Shown: piece by piece, positions 14,659 to 28,071 of the stretch | How the letters are laid out: each line of letters starts with the position of its first letter | Position numbering within the stretch: the first letter of the stretch is position 1 | Assembly (NCBI GenBank): GCA_964016885.1 | Contig: OZ024740.1 | Span: 393,886,001-393,950,000, forward strand | Direction of reading: 5' to 3' | Source of the DNA: Eledone cirrhosa | Lineage: Eukaryota | Length of the DNA: 64,000 bases | Made by a program: the position numbers and the translations under genes | The notes under the pieces: generated by a model | Seen by the model: only the letters and a program-made list of their open reading frames with translations | Database searches by the model: none | Told to the model about the DNA's origin: nothing

Positions 14659-16426
14659 CTGATATGAAGACCAGATTTCTTCACACATTTCGAAAGAGGA
14701 TTCAGTTTATGGTTGTAATTGTTAACTAGCCAGGGAACTATTGCATACTGGGGGAAGAGATGTTTTGATATTTCATATAGAAAAATTAGCATGAAATTAT
14801 ATGAAATTAAGGACTTGTTTTCATTAAATACGTTACATTTACACGTTTTTGTTTTGCATCTATCACCACTGTTCATGTTATTTGTATGAAAACAAATTTA
14901 GAACTTACTGGTGCGTTGGCAGTATCTTGTCTCACCACTGTACTGCATTACATAATATATCTATAGATTTTTAGCTAACGTTCTATGTATAAACATGTGT
15001 ATACAACAATAACTTCTTCCTCATCTACCACTCTTCCTTCTCAACACCATGACCACCACCCCACCACTATCACTACCACAACCACCACCACCACCACCAT
15101 CATAATCATCATCATTATCCGTAGTAACAGCATCAGAAGCAGAAGCATCAGGAACAACAACAACACAACAAGAAAATTATGTGGTTACTAGATACCGGAT
15201 CTTTACTTTGGCAAGCAACCAATCTAAATTAATGTCGCATAGGTGTAAGTAATTATGTGAAAGAGTGAAATACGTAAATCACCAACTGATAATTTAAACA
15301 GTGTTTGACGTCAGAATATTGCGAATGGAAAGAAAGCGGAAATGCACAAATAAGTAAATTTGCATAAAATATATAGTTCCATGCTAAGTTTTGACTATTT
15401 AATTGGTATCATCGTAGCAAAGGAATAAGGAATTGTTATGTATGAAAAGTAAAATTTACATATCAAGAACAACGTTTTAAAAAATATGATGACAAAATTA
15501 CTAAACTAACAGCAAATATTATTTTCTTATTGTAGGCGTTAAGACCGAAGCTGGAAACGGATCCTCTCCAATTTTCTGGCTTAATAGATAACAAAACAAA
15601 AAACCTAATGTATAAGATATTCAACCAGTGTATCGAGTCTAAAAGGTCCAATTCTGTTGCATATGTTTCCTTGTTATTTATATGTATGTCACTTATCTCT
15701 CTCTGCCGTTTTATATTATCAAAAGCTTGCTGAGCATCGGATAAAAAGACTTGCGGCAAATGTTTTTTCTTTTATTACGCTCTTAGATCCAATGTCTCCA
15801 ATACAAACTTTGCTTTTCATCCTTTTGAGGTAGATAAATGAAAGTAGCAGTCAATTACACAGATCAATGTAACCGGCTAAACCCTTTATTGTTAAACTTT
15901 TGCCCATATTAGAAGCAATTATTACTGTGGACGTCTGTGTTTGGGTATAAGAAAGTTTAGTCATTACAACACCGGATGAAGTATCTTACAGCATTTACCT
16001 CTTTCCGTAACGTTTCGAGTTCAAATCCCGCCATAGTCAATGTTACATTTAGTATTTTCTTGCTCGATAGAATAATTGCTGGAGTTGATTTAATCAGTTA
16101 TGTCCCTGCCATAAAATGATGCGTTCCGTGCCTAATTTAGAAAGGATTAATATTGGAATGTTGGAGGAAATGGCACGTACTGTTTAGTTATTCCCCTTTA
16201 TAATCTGTATTAAAACATTGCGAAGTCAAAATTGCCTTGTGTTCTTTAGAGATAAATCATATAATTACCATCTGTTTTTTGCTGTTATTGTTGAGACTCA
16301 GGTCAACTAACGAGACATATGATTAAAGACTTTACAACTATCATCATATTATCTTTTTGAGGCTATGCACGAGAATATTATCAAATATCTCATTTCTTTC
16401 TTTAAAACGATAGGATATTATTTGAT

Positions 16427-16614
16427 TGAATTGGCAGTATCGGTAGAGAGTCTGACACCATGCTTTCCAGCATAGAGTTACGTCTCTTTATGGTTTGAGT
16501 TCAAATCCCGCCGAGGTTAACTTTGCCTTTCATCCTTACGGGGTCGATAAAATAAAGTACCAGTAATGCACTGGGATAATTGTTGGCCTTGTGCCAATAG
16601 TAGAAACAATTATT
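16427..16614 (+). mobile_element. tRNA-derived SINE (main family)
   Basis: Full consensus match, with B-box gagttcaaatccc at ~16497-16509. Confidence 0.9.
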
Positions 16615-16766
16615 TGATGGAGGTATGACTGCTATTTCTAACATGACAAATGACCAGATAAAGTCTCGACATCGTTGGCTCAAGGAAATAGCCAAGTACT
16701 GGGTGAGATCAATATCAATTAATTATACCCTTCCCCTCTGTAAATTAGGCGATCCTTTGTGCCATT

Positions 16767-16955
16767 AATTGTTTCTACCTTTGGCACACGGCCAGAAATT
16801 ACCCATTACATTACTGTTACTTTATTTTATCGACCCCGTAAGGATGAAAGGCAAAGTTGACCTCGGCGGGATTTGAACTCAGAATGGAAAGGGCCGTAAC
16901 TCTATGCGCCAAAGCATGGCGTCCGACCCTCTACCGATACTGCCAATCCAGTGCC
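16767..16955 (-). mobile_element. tRNA-derived SINE (main family)
   Basis: Full consensus match on the minus strand. Confidence 0.9.
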
Positions 16956-17171
16956 ATTAATAATACATCATTATTGCTGATCCATTGATGTAACCTTGAC
17001 GTGGTCGCATCGTTTGCAAGACATAGCATCCAAATCGTCTTAAAATCGCACTCAATTGTCTTAAATAAAGAAATGAAACATTAGATAACATACTACAAGA
17101 AAGCTGGGATGATCACGAATAGAATGCATTTATTCATAGGCCTGCTCGAGCAGGGCTTATTGATTTCGAGC

Positions 17172-17332
17172 TAAACAACAACAAAGAGAACAGCAACAAC
17201 AGCAGGAACAACAACAACAACAGGAACAACAACAACAACAACAGGAACAACAACAACAACAGGAACAACAACAACAGGAACGACAACAGTAGGAACGACA
17301 ACAGTAGGAACAACAGCAAGAACAACAGCAGG
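17172..17332. repeat. (AAC)n/AGG compound microsatellite
   Basis: Direct reading. Confidence 0.85.
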
Positions 17333-17944
17333 AGGGGGGCTATTACCCCAAACGGAAAATATTTTTATCAACGTTTGTATATTTCTATCTCTTCCAGCTT
17401 CTATTTTACTTCTCTTTCCTTCTTAACTGTATATTTCTTGCTTATTTAAAAAAAAATGGACCGGAAACGGCCCCCAATACTAAGTCTGCCGTCCTGTGAT
17501 AGCGACTTAAAAGTTGAGAGGAGGGACACATAATTACAAGCAAAATTATGGACCAACAAAACGCAATTACAAACACAACATGCAACAACGAATTTAGCAA
17601 CACCACCAACAACAACAATGAAACGAGTGAGGAAAACGGCAGCAACAACAACTCCAAGAGCAACAACGTAATTAAAAACAATAACTGCACCAAGAACAAC
17701 AACAACGACAAACCAACAACTCTAGACTGATGTTAAACTGTTGACGTGAAGGTTCTATACAAGACGTATAAACTACACACCAATTTTGGTGCTTAACGGT
17801 TCAAGTTGATTAGACTAGTCATCCAAAGAGGTTTGTTGCTGTTGTTTTTCCCCCTGTTTTGGGATTGTTCTAAGCATTTGTGGATTATACTCTCTTTTTC
17901 TTCAACTCCAACCATTAACGTGTGTACATTTTCTAAGCACAATA

Positions 17945-18400
17945 ATGCCTGCAACTACAAGAGCTCGCTCGGCTGTCCAAACTTCTCGCAATGTTATGCC
18001 ACCGACCTATAATTGTAATTGCGAGCGGTTGAAACTGAACCTTACCCAAATCGAACTGAAAAACGCTAACTTGCAAACTCAACTTGATGCCCTCATGTCA
18101 AAGATGTTGATAATGGAAGAAACGATATTATCACTTCAACCTCCTAATGATGCGACTTCCAGACCGTCTAAATCTGCATCTTCCCAGACGAAGACGATCA
18201 AAGTAAAACCGAAGCGCCAAAAGAAGCAAAGCAAGAAGATGGCAGATGCTGCACAAGACAACACTAAAATACGTTCGCAATTGAACTGTACAAAAATCGC
18301 AAACTTACGGGAACAAAAATTCCTGCGATGTGTATACTTCCACAATAATATTCCAGCTGTCAGCGACGAGTCTCGCTTTCCTTTTCATCCTTTTCCTTTT
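17945..18400 (+). pseudogene. Possible retroelement ORF1 remnant with coiled coil
   Basis: Heptad-like LTQIELKNANLQTQLDALMSKMLIMEETILSL followed by a basic stretch. It lies next to the 2A/PHD remnant. Confidence 0.35.
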
Positions 18401-18556
18401 TCGTTTCGTCAGCGCCACACAGTAAATGTCAGGCGAAAACCATTTCGTTCTCTTCGTCATCAAGGAGCGGTCGAGAAGTGGATTATGTTGATGCATTGAA
18501 CAACAATAGAGGTAGCAACAGCGTTGGAGGTATTGACAATAACACCTGTGGTGACA

Positions 18557-18665
18557 GAGCACAAACCAGAATCCGGAACCTACTCGTGTGGCGGCCTCCG
18601 TGGACGTCCGGTGTGCTCGGTCGGATGCCCGAAAAAATATCTGTCAAATTCGGATCTGCATACAC
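18557..18665 (+). ncRNA. Candidate degenerate HDV-like ribozyme
   Basis: P1 GAGCACA (18557-63)/TGTGCTC (18612-18) followed by GG. P2 gtgtg (18586-90)/tacac (18661-65). CC-containing loop and a P4 hairpin at 18622-18658. P3/L3 and J4/2 are non-canonical. Confidence 0.3.
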
Positions 18666-18729
18666 CCAGAGATGCGACGTGGGAGACACGTCGTTTTTTT
18701 GTTTTTTTTCGACAACCGGAGCTGTAAGA

Positions 18730-19131
18730 CCCGCCCTACATCTCCGTAAGTTACTTCTCATGGCGGGTGATGTCGAGTCGAACCCTGGCCCATCCTGCGC
18801 GGGATGTTCCAGGACGATCCGACAAGACCTCGTGCTCATTTCCTGCTCGGCTTGCCGACATATCTTCCACAGGATCTGCAGTGGTCTGACTCGAATACAG
18901 AAAAAGAGTCCTCAAGGCTTCGTGTGTGGCTTCTGTCGGGGGAATAATGTCGTACCATCCGTCCTGCAGCGATCTCCATTCGCCGATGTCAAATCTGCCA
19001 TGCAAAAATTCGTTCAGACGACACCCCCCTCTCTTGCTTTACGCTCTGCGGTGAAGGGGATAAGTCGTCTGAACACCTCTGCCCTGCATTGGCGATGGAG
19101 AGATACCATCACCAACTCGGCACATCCTTAG
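18730..19131 (+). pseudogene. 5' coding remnant of a non-LTR retrotransposon: 2A-like peptide plus PHD finger(s)
   Basis: LRKLLLMAGDVESNPGP (DxExNPGP at 18769-18792) is followed by C4HC3 CAGC..CSAC....HRIC..CGFC (to 18936). A second frameshifted finger starts CQIC...SC at ~18988. Confidence 0.85.
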
Positions 19132-19666
19132 GAGGATCCTCAGGCGCCTGAGGTGATTAAAAGAAAGAAAGAAAGACAGCAGCAGAAACAACAACAACAG
19201 CAACAACAATAACAACAGCAATGGCAATATCATTAATATTTTAGTGAGTGAATGTAGAAAACTTGATATTAATTTATGACTGTATGAACAGGTTAGAATA
19301 TCACGAGATAGGTTTACAAATTATACAACCGTCCACAAGAGTACAATTTACGACTTTTACAGTTGTTTCAGTTGTATTTGTTGTTTTCCTTCTTCAATAT
19401 ATTCACTACTGAAATCTAGAAAGGAGTGTTTGTGTTAGTTTTAGTGGCGATGGTGGTGTTGATAGTGGTAGAAGACGTTGGTGAAGTTGGTGGTGGCAGG
19501 GTTATTGTGTAGAAGACGTTGGTGAAGTTGGTGGTGGTGGTGGCAGGGTTATTACTATATCTAATTAGAGAAATAATCACGAATGTCAATAGATGTCCAT
19601 CAATCTCTTTCTTTACTTTATTTCATTCAGTCATTCATTCATTTTTTCTTTTTTGCTCTATCTCTC

Positions 19667-19826
19667 TGTCTGAGTGTCTCTCTGTCTATGTGTCTGAGTG
19701 TCTCTCTATCTATGTGTCTGAGTGCCTGTCTGTCTATGTGTCTGTGTGCCTGTCTGTCTATGTGTCTGAGTGTCTCTCTGTCTATCTGTCTGTGTGCCTG
19801 TCTGTCTATGTGTCTGTGTGTCTCTC
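19667..19826. repeat. 24-bp minisatellite, about 6-7 copies
   Basis: Unit tctgtctatgtgtctgagtgtctc and variants. Confidence 0.8.
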
Positions 19827-19926
19827 AACATTCTGTCTCTCTATATATCCTTTAATAATATGTTTAAGTGTATAGTCAGTTGTCTTTTGGCGTCCTGCTG
19901 ATAATAACATTGAATATATTTTCTGA

Positions 19927-20116
19927 GGGCGGTGAATTGGCAGTATCGGTAGAGGGTCGGACGCCATGCTTTCTAGCATAGTTACGTCCCTTTACGGTCT
20001 GAGTTCAAATCCCGTCGAGGTTAACTTTACCTTTCATCCATACGGGGTCGATAAAATAAAGTACCAATAATGTACTGGGTAATTGCTGGCCTTGTGCGAA
20101 AGTAGAAACAATTATT
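19927..20116 (+). mobile_element. tRNA-derived SINE (main family)
   Basis: Full consensus match. Confidence 0.9.
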
Positions 20117-20148
20117 TTACAAGTCTCTCTCTTTGTCTTTCTCTCTCT

Positions 20149-20271
20149 CGAAACGACCAGAGCTCAGCCGTCGGGTTTAAACATTTTCCTATTACCCACT
20201 CTACTACCCTAAGTATCGAGTACTCTGGTGCGTTATGGTCCACCTGGTTCCTTACCACACTTCCTTCGTTA
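20149..20271 (+). mobile_element. Family A element, single arm only
   Basis: Begins at cgaaac and has the same tail as the other family A copies. Flanked by (TC)n and (TA)n. Confidence 0.8.
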
Positions 20272-20902
20272 TATATATATCATATAGAAATGACATACAG
20301 GCTATGACTTTCATTCATTTGAAATTACTGACAGCGGTTTCTGACTTGATCGTTATCAAAGTAATGGACTCCTCTACCTCGCTTTCTGCTGGAACTCAAT
20401 ATAGGCGCAAACATATAATTCTAATGCTTATGTATATGAGCAGATTAGCCTCATTTTCATAGGGTGCTGTAGGCTGGCTCGGCCTGAACAAAAAATAAAA
20501 TTATGTTGTTTGCTCCAAAATATCTGTATTCATAGAATTATGTAAGTTTTTGAATATACGAATAAATATATACGAATAAATATTTGAAAGCCTTTGGATA
20601 ATAAAAGCTGCCAAACTGAGTGGAAATAGATTTCACTGAGGAGGTCTAATAAGTCCGAAACATTATAGTGGCTCTCACAATTTGCCTTTGAAAATCAGAT
20701 CTATTCAAATCTGTATTGTCGTTATTATCCAACATATTAGATCAATTAATATCATTACTTTTTTTCCTATTTCTTCATTTTAGGTTCTAAACACCACCAG
20801 ATGGAGTATGTGTCTTTTAATTACGCAGAAAACGCCAGTTGATCAAGAGTTTAACCCACTAGGTTACATATGTGAGGCGCTACCGTATACATAATACAAA
20901 CT

Positions 20903-20984
<82 letters not shown>

Positions 20985-21576
20985 CATATATATATACAGA
21001 TACATAAACCCCCCCAAATGTACATTTATATATATATTGTTCTCATATTTAGGTATTACCATAAGCCCTTTGGCTATAGACGTGATACAATTATTTCTTA
21101 CACACATACTAACATACACACACGCACGCACACATTCACACGCACACTCTTATACTTCTGTTTATGCACATATATTTTAAGTCTAAAATGTTCTAAAAAA
21201 CTATTTGAGCTATGAGGTGATGTGTAAGTGAATGTGTGTGAGTGTATATGAATTATGAACTTAATTGCTATGACGTGGCGCTATACTTAATACACCAAGA
21301 TGCGGTATCTCATGAGTCGAAATTGCGTAGCAAAAGGATTAATAAACGCATTGTTAGCAGATTAACAGACATCCTCCATGCTATTGTGGGGACAGAAAAA
21401 GGATTACATTCGAGGTCGGATTCAATTAGCAAGAAATTTTTCACACAAACGTCCTGAAGATTATTTCGTCTCACAAGAAAAAATATATTTTATAAATATT
21501 ATTATTGATCTTTGCTTGACATTGTTTAGAGTAAATGTTCACCTGACCCCACACAGACACAATCTCTCTATCAAAA

Positions 21577-21669
<93 letters not shown>

Positions 21670-21699
21670 AACAAATATATATATATATATATATATACG

Positions 21700-21892
21700 T
21701 CAGGTCGCTCTCGAGTGCTACTGGTAACATGTAACCCAGCACAACCTGTCTCATGGTCGGGTCGTCGGTGACTAAACCGGCAACCCCACCAAGCTTGCTT
21801 GGTGAGGAGGGTGATATTTGGACACCATGCAGGATGAAATACAAGACCCGGCAAAGAGCGGCGAAACTCAGTAGAGTCAACGGCCATCCAAA
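21700..21892 (+). mobile_element. ~190-bp GC-rich structured repeat, copy 1 (second copy at 39974-40165)
   Basis: Co-linear with 39974-40165 (gagtgctactggtaacatgtaacccag...gagtcaacggccatcc). Embedded in (TA)n. Confidence 0.75.
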
Positions 21893-24854
21893 AATATATA
21901 TATATATATATTTTTAGGGCTGTCGTTGTCTTTTCCGTGGCAAACATTTGCAACGAAGATATGTGTCGTCAGTGCCAAAAAGTGTGGTTGATCCTACACA
22001 AGCCTTAACCACTTAAAACAAAACTTTGTGTGGGTAGTTCAACATCAGTTCACTTTCTCATATTTAACTTTTGTTGGACACTCATATGTCGAATATCGAC
22101 GGGAGAGTCTATCTTATATATACAGACAATGTAAGTATAACGATATATAAAAATATCGATTTGGTGACCATAAAACCCCAATGCAAATATAGCGCTACAA
22201 TACTAAGAGCATAGTGATCTCACATAGATGTTGTCACAGGTAATTTATTACTACTAGCTTGTATAAACAAATAATCATTGGAACAATCAAATATTACTTA
22301 CATTACATTAGCAATATATAATTTTAATAAATACTCATACAATGTTTCTCCTGGTTCTAAAAAACACAATAACCACCACGATTAAATGGATCATTATTAC
22401 TGTTAAGATTCCAACCTTCATCAGTGAGCCAATCGTATTAAGTAATTAGTTATACAATACATTAACTATCCACAATTATATTTGAGTCGGTACACAAACT
22501 CACGTGTTGATATGGCGGGCAACTGAGTAGCAACAGCTACAGTCTTGAACAATGGAAGGCAGATGTGAATGCTAAAAATAGCTCGTCAAAAGCCGTGAAG
22601 CATCTCAACCGGTATATTGGAAAACAGGAATGTGAATAGACAACGTAAATATATATATATTCTTGAACCCAACATATATTATGAGATTTAATGTAACATA
22701 TAACTACGGTGTTTTAATTCGATACTTTCCGCGGTCCTTCTGTTTACAGAGAAATCTTACAATGGCAATGCGTATTATTTTTTTAAAGTAGACACAAGTT
22801 TGAGCGAGTGGGAACAGTCAATTATAGTGATCCAAGGACTCAACTGGAACTTAGTTCTTTGAGACTGGAAGGAAGAAAGACAAAGTCGGCTTTGGAGAAA
22901 TTTGAACTCAGAACGTAAGAATTGTAACTAAATACCCCATAGCAATTTGTCCAAAGTTCTTCTAATTCTGCCAATTATCCACCTATTAAAAAAATATTTT
23001 ACAGTATCCCATCCTGTTGAATTGGACGTTGCCACTTATCTTCCTGGATTTAGAATATACACAGTCTGGAAGTGGATTCTACTGCAAGTTCAGAACTTAG
23101 TCGTTTCTGACAGTTATAACTCTTAATCGTCACTAACTTATTGAAATAAAAAAGAACAAAAAGCTGCACTGTGTTAATGTTTTAATCTCTATGCAGTGCC
23201 ACGCAAAATATCTAAATTCTTATGAAAACAATAAATCTAATACTTAATATAGAAAATTCCTTATTTTTATATTTAACTGGTCCCAAACACACTGGTGCAG
23301 TCGGAATATTGGATATAGTTGCGTTGTTTATTGCTAAACAGGTAAGTTTGAAAATTATTAATTTGTTAAACGGGCGCAGTGCTAGAAATTTGTTAGAGAG
23401 GGTTATATGAATTAACATTCTACGAAGCATTAAATCAAATGCTCACTCGAAAATAGGAGAATTCTCATTTATAAGTGTAGTAATACTTTAGCCGAAAACG
23501 CTTGCAGTTCTAGTTAAAGCACATCATTGAAACTGATTGGTAGTGCTTCTGTTATCTGTAGCTACCACAGTGGCTTTTGTGTGAGAAACAATTACTTATA
23601 TATGAGGTTAGAGAAAATGTCGAAAATCAGAAAAGTCTCGTACGGTCTGTTTAGCATGTACACAATTTGATAGAGTGTTAAAAAATCCCAAAGAAAATCA
23701 AACATTAAACATTTTAAAATATTAATTTATAGACATGGGCGTTATATAATTGATGTATAACAACTGTTTTAATTTTTAATCTTGGAGCCCTAGGATTCAC
23801 ATTTGTTTATTTACATGTGAGGTGTTCCGTCTTTATAACATGTCTCTAGTACTTACCAACTAACTATAATAATATGAACGCCGTAGTAACCACAGAAAAC
23901 TAGATATTCAGATTAATGCAAATGAGATATAGTACCGTATGTGGTCACCCATTAAATTATTCTGGCGGGTCACTGGAAAATCAAGAGTCCCCTCTAATTA
24001 TGTCCTTATTAAAAAAAGTGCTGTACCCTATCCTTATATAAAAATTCCTAGAATAAAAAATTGAAAAAAAAAAAGAAGAAATATTAGGTTTACCTCTGGC
24101 AAGTACTTGTGGGATGAGCAAGTGTTACTCTCCGAACGCAGACATATTTGAAGCCTGGCTTTGTTTTGCGATTAAATACAGTTAACTTGCGCCGTTAATG
24201 CTGCCGATAAAAATAGAAACATCTCATTTCATTTCATCTTTCTAAACCACAACACACACAAAATCGTACAGTTTATATACTTACAATCAATAATAAACTA
24301 ATATTTCACCGCCGATATAACATCGTGATCAAAACCAACAACAACAGCAATGAATACAACAATAACAAAAACAACTGTACCGGTAGAAAAAATATCAACG
24401 CAAGAAATGTTGATCAGCAACATCAGTAGCAGTTAGTTCTTCATTAATATCGAATTAATAAAAGTACATTACACTTGTGTTTCAACTTTAATATTTAACA
24501 TGTTGACCAAACTAAGCAGATTATCTCTTGTTTCATCACTAGCAGCCATTTTTACCCATGGCTTGCTTCTATGAACGCGTCATTTAGCGAGATATCAGTT
24601 CACTACATATCGATATACGTATACTGCATTATGAATATATATACATACATAATACTTACATTCATACATACATACACACATACATAAATACGTACAGACA
24701 TGCATACACATGGTGCATACATACATGTAGGTATATAGAAACACACACACACACCCACATGTATATATATATATATATTTATTTACACGCACATACATAT
24801 ACACAGGGAAAAATGTATTTGTGTGTGCATGTATATTAATGTATAATATGAATA

Positions 24855-24894
<40 letters not shown>

Positions 24895-24926
24895 TTACAT
24901 ACATAATATGTATATACATATATATT

Positions 24927-24993
<67 letters not shown>

Positions 24994-25463
24994 AAAAGTA
25001 AACAGAATAACAAAGGAAACGACACAGTACATTGAAGAAATATATTAGTTTAACGCTTGAAATAAAGGAAAGGTGTATTAAAGTTTCGGACACTAGTCCT
25101 TCTTCAGAAGATAGAATTAGAAATAAAAGATAAAATAGAAAGATAAAGAGTGAGAAGAGGAAAGAAAGGAAAAAAATGAGAAAAAAGAAAACGACCCCTC
25201 GCCAAAAAAATAAACATGTGCATATTCACTCAGCCACATATATATATATAAATATATATAAGAATAACATTAAGAAAGATGCTATGATTGCATAAAGCGT
25301 TTATTCATTATAATTATTTCTATGGCGACCTGTATGTAATTCAAAATGGTGCATTTGCATTTGTTGCTGGTAACGAAGCGATTTTCTCAGATAAATTTAC
25401 GTTTATGTGATATGCTGCAGGCAAAAACATGTTCGTCTTCTTTCTTTTTACGTGTTGGACAGG

Positions 25464-25552
<89 letters not shown>

Positions 25553-26784
25553 AAATTAATGTAAACGTATGGTTTAAATGAAATGATATATGTAAAAACA
25601 CAAGATATACATATTAAAATAACTATATATTCCAATAACTTTTCCCACTTGAATCATATTTCTAATGAGCAATAGAGAAAGTTGCTGATTTTATACATGT
25701 TGCTAATCTATAAAGTGGAACTAGGTTATATATCCGAATGGGACATTTATATAGCAATTTTAAAGACAAATACGATAAAAACGAACTAATTAAAGCTTTT
25801 GAGCTATAGCATAATAACATGGTGATGGGTTTTCGTCGGTTTCGATGAGAAGTATATTTATTCGATCAGCTAAACACCCGATTCATTATATATGTAAGTG
25901 GATGTATATTCCAGAGTCCCGTTTATGTGTAACATAATTCTCAACAAGAATCAGCGTGACACTCTCTAACAAGAGTAGACCTTTGAATTGCATTTAGAAA
26001 TCTTTCTAAAAGCTTTCATACAGTCCCGACTACTTAATTTCCTCACCGGTTTGGGTCAATTTAAGCTATGGTAGAAGACATCTGCCCAATATAACACGCA
26101 ATGAAATCGAACCTTCAATAACCTGATTGCGAAGCGAAGTTCTTAACTTCTCACCCAGCCTTGCATTCAATAAAATATACAAATGAATCGTATAAAAATA
26201 TATAAGAACTAAACATATGTATCCGCATATATAAATTAATCTGAATGAAATATCAGCCTGGTATAAAGGTTAAGAAGAAAATGTTAATACTGGAAAACTT
26301 CAGTCTACACAATGTTGGGTATTTTCCTTCAGGTTATTATATCTACAGCAACTTAGCAGAGCAACAACCATGTATAAGTGAGGTTTATTGACAGTCATTG
26401 CAAAAGCTACTCTATCTGGAATCTGTGGTCACTTAAGAGAAAAGCAGAGCGATGACAACAGGTCTCAGTCTAATTCTCGACACTATGACATGTTTTTCAT
26501 AATATTCACCTTCTATATCAATCATACGTGCATATAAATAAGCCCTTCTAATTCCTGTTTCATTGCAAAACCTATACGCCTAAATTTCAAAATAGCATTA
26601 TGACGCATTCTTTTATTATAGTTCAACTGTTAAGGTATTCTTTCTTGTACAGATAGTCTTTATCAACACAATAATCAATAGACAGAAAACAAAAAGAATG
26701 TTGATATCGAGGACTACTTACTACACAGTTAATAGTCTATGTATGCAACTTACTTTCACCTAATTAACTATTATTAATTTCAAG

Positions 26785-26968
26785 CGGTGGATTGGCAGTA
26801 TCGGTAGAGAATTGGACGCCATGCTTTGCAACATAGAGTTATGGCTCGTTACAGTCTGAGTTCAAATCCCGCCGAGGTTAACTTTGCCTTTCATCCTTAT
26901 GGGGTCGATAAAATAAAGTACCAGTAATGCACTGGAGCAATTGCTGGCCTTGTGCCAAACATAGAAAC
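26785..26968 (+). mobile_element. tRNA-derived SINE with 13-bp target-site duplication
   Basis: Consensus match. The sequence tattaatttcaag occurs at 26772-26784 and 26969-26981. Confidence 0.92.
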
Positions 26969-27996
26969 TATTAATTTCAAGTTTATTACATTTTTATACT
27001 GGAAAAACCGTAAAGTTGATATTTTTCTCTCACAGCATAATTGATATTCTAGTTCAGCTTTCTAATGCACTTTCACCGGCTTAAAATTTCGATCCTTTTA
27101 ATTTTGAGTTCATATTTTGCGGGTTGACATGGACTTTTATTCTTATTTCGTCTATAAAATAAGCACCAGTAATAAGCTAATCTAATCCTACATAATTGGT
27201 CTCGTGCTTATGAAAATAAATCATAATTTGTTTTGAGAATGCAAGTTGTAATAGCAGACCAGTTTGAATTTCATTCGTTCATATTATTATAGAGTTAAAT
27301 AGGTCTACAACTTGACACAAATATGTGGTGGGTAGGAAAGAGAGAAAGTAGGATATACAGTGAGACAACAAAGAAAAGTTAGAGAGAAAGAAAGAGAAAG
27401 TGTGTGTGTGTAAGAGAGAGAGCGAGAGAGAGAGGAAAAGCTAAAAAGGGGATTGGTGCGTGATATAATGGTGGGGCTAGCGATTTTTAATTCATTCATA
27501 CGAAAAATATATTTAAATGCACAAATACCGAACGTGCCAACAAAATTACAGACATTTAAACAGCATGTATATATACAGGCAAATACATTCATTCACAATC
27601 AAACACATACATATAGACATCATGTATCTTACATTCGCTTGCACACATGCATATATATATATTCACGCACATATACTCACACACACACACACACACACAC
27701 ACCACACACGTGCACATCTACATTCACAAATGCACATACCGGAATTGCTTTGTATTCTCCAGCATGTGCGTGAAGATGTTTGTATTGCAGCTGTTCTTCT
27801 GGTTGTCGCCATGGCCGTCATCGCTGTCATTGTTGTAATTTTTCATGTCATAATTGTGTCTGTTGTTGCTTTTGCTATTGTTGCTGTCAATGTTGCTTTT
27901 GAAAACAAAGCAGCATGAAAAAATATAATAATAATAAATAGAAACAAACAAATAAAAACAAATAAAATACAAATAAATCAATCTTTTCACACACAC

Positions 27997-28071
<75 letters not shown>

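Noticed and set aside
23222-23347. Host exon ending at a strong donor cag/gtaagt (23341)
   Set aside because: The motif is isolated, with no supported acceptor or homology.
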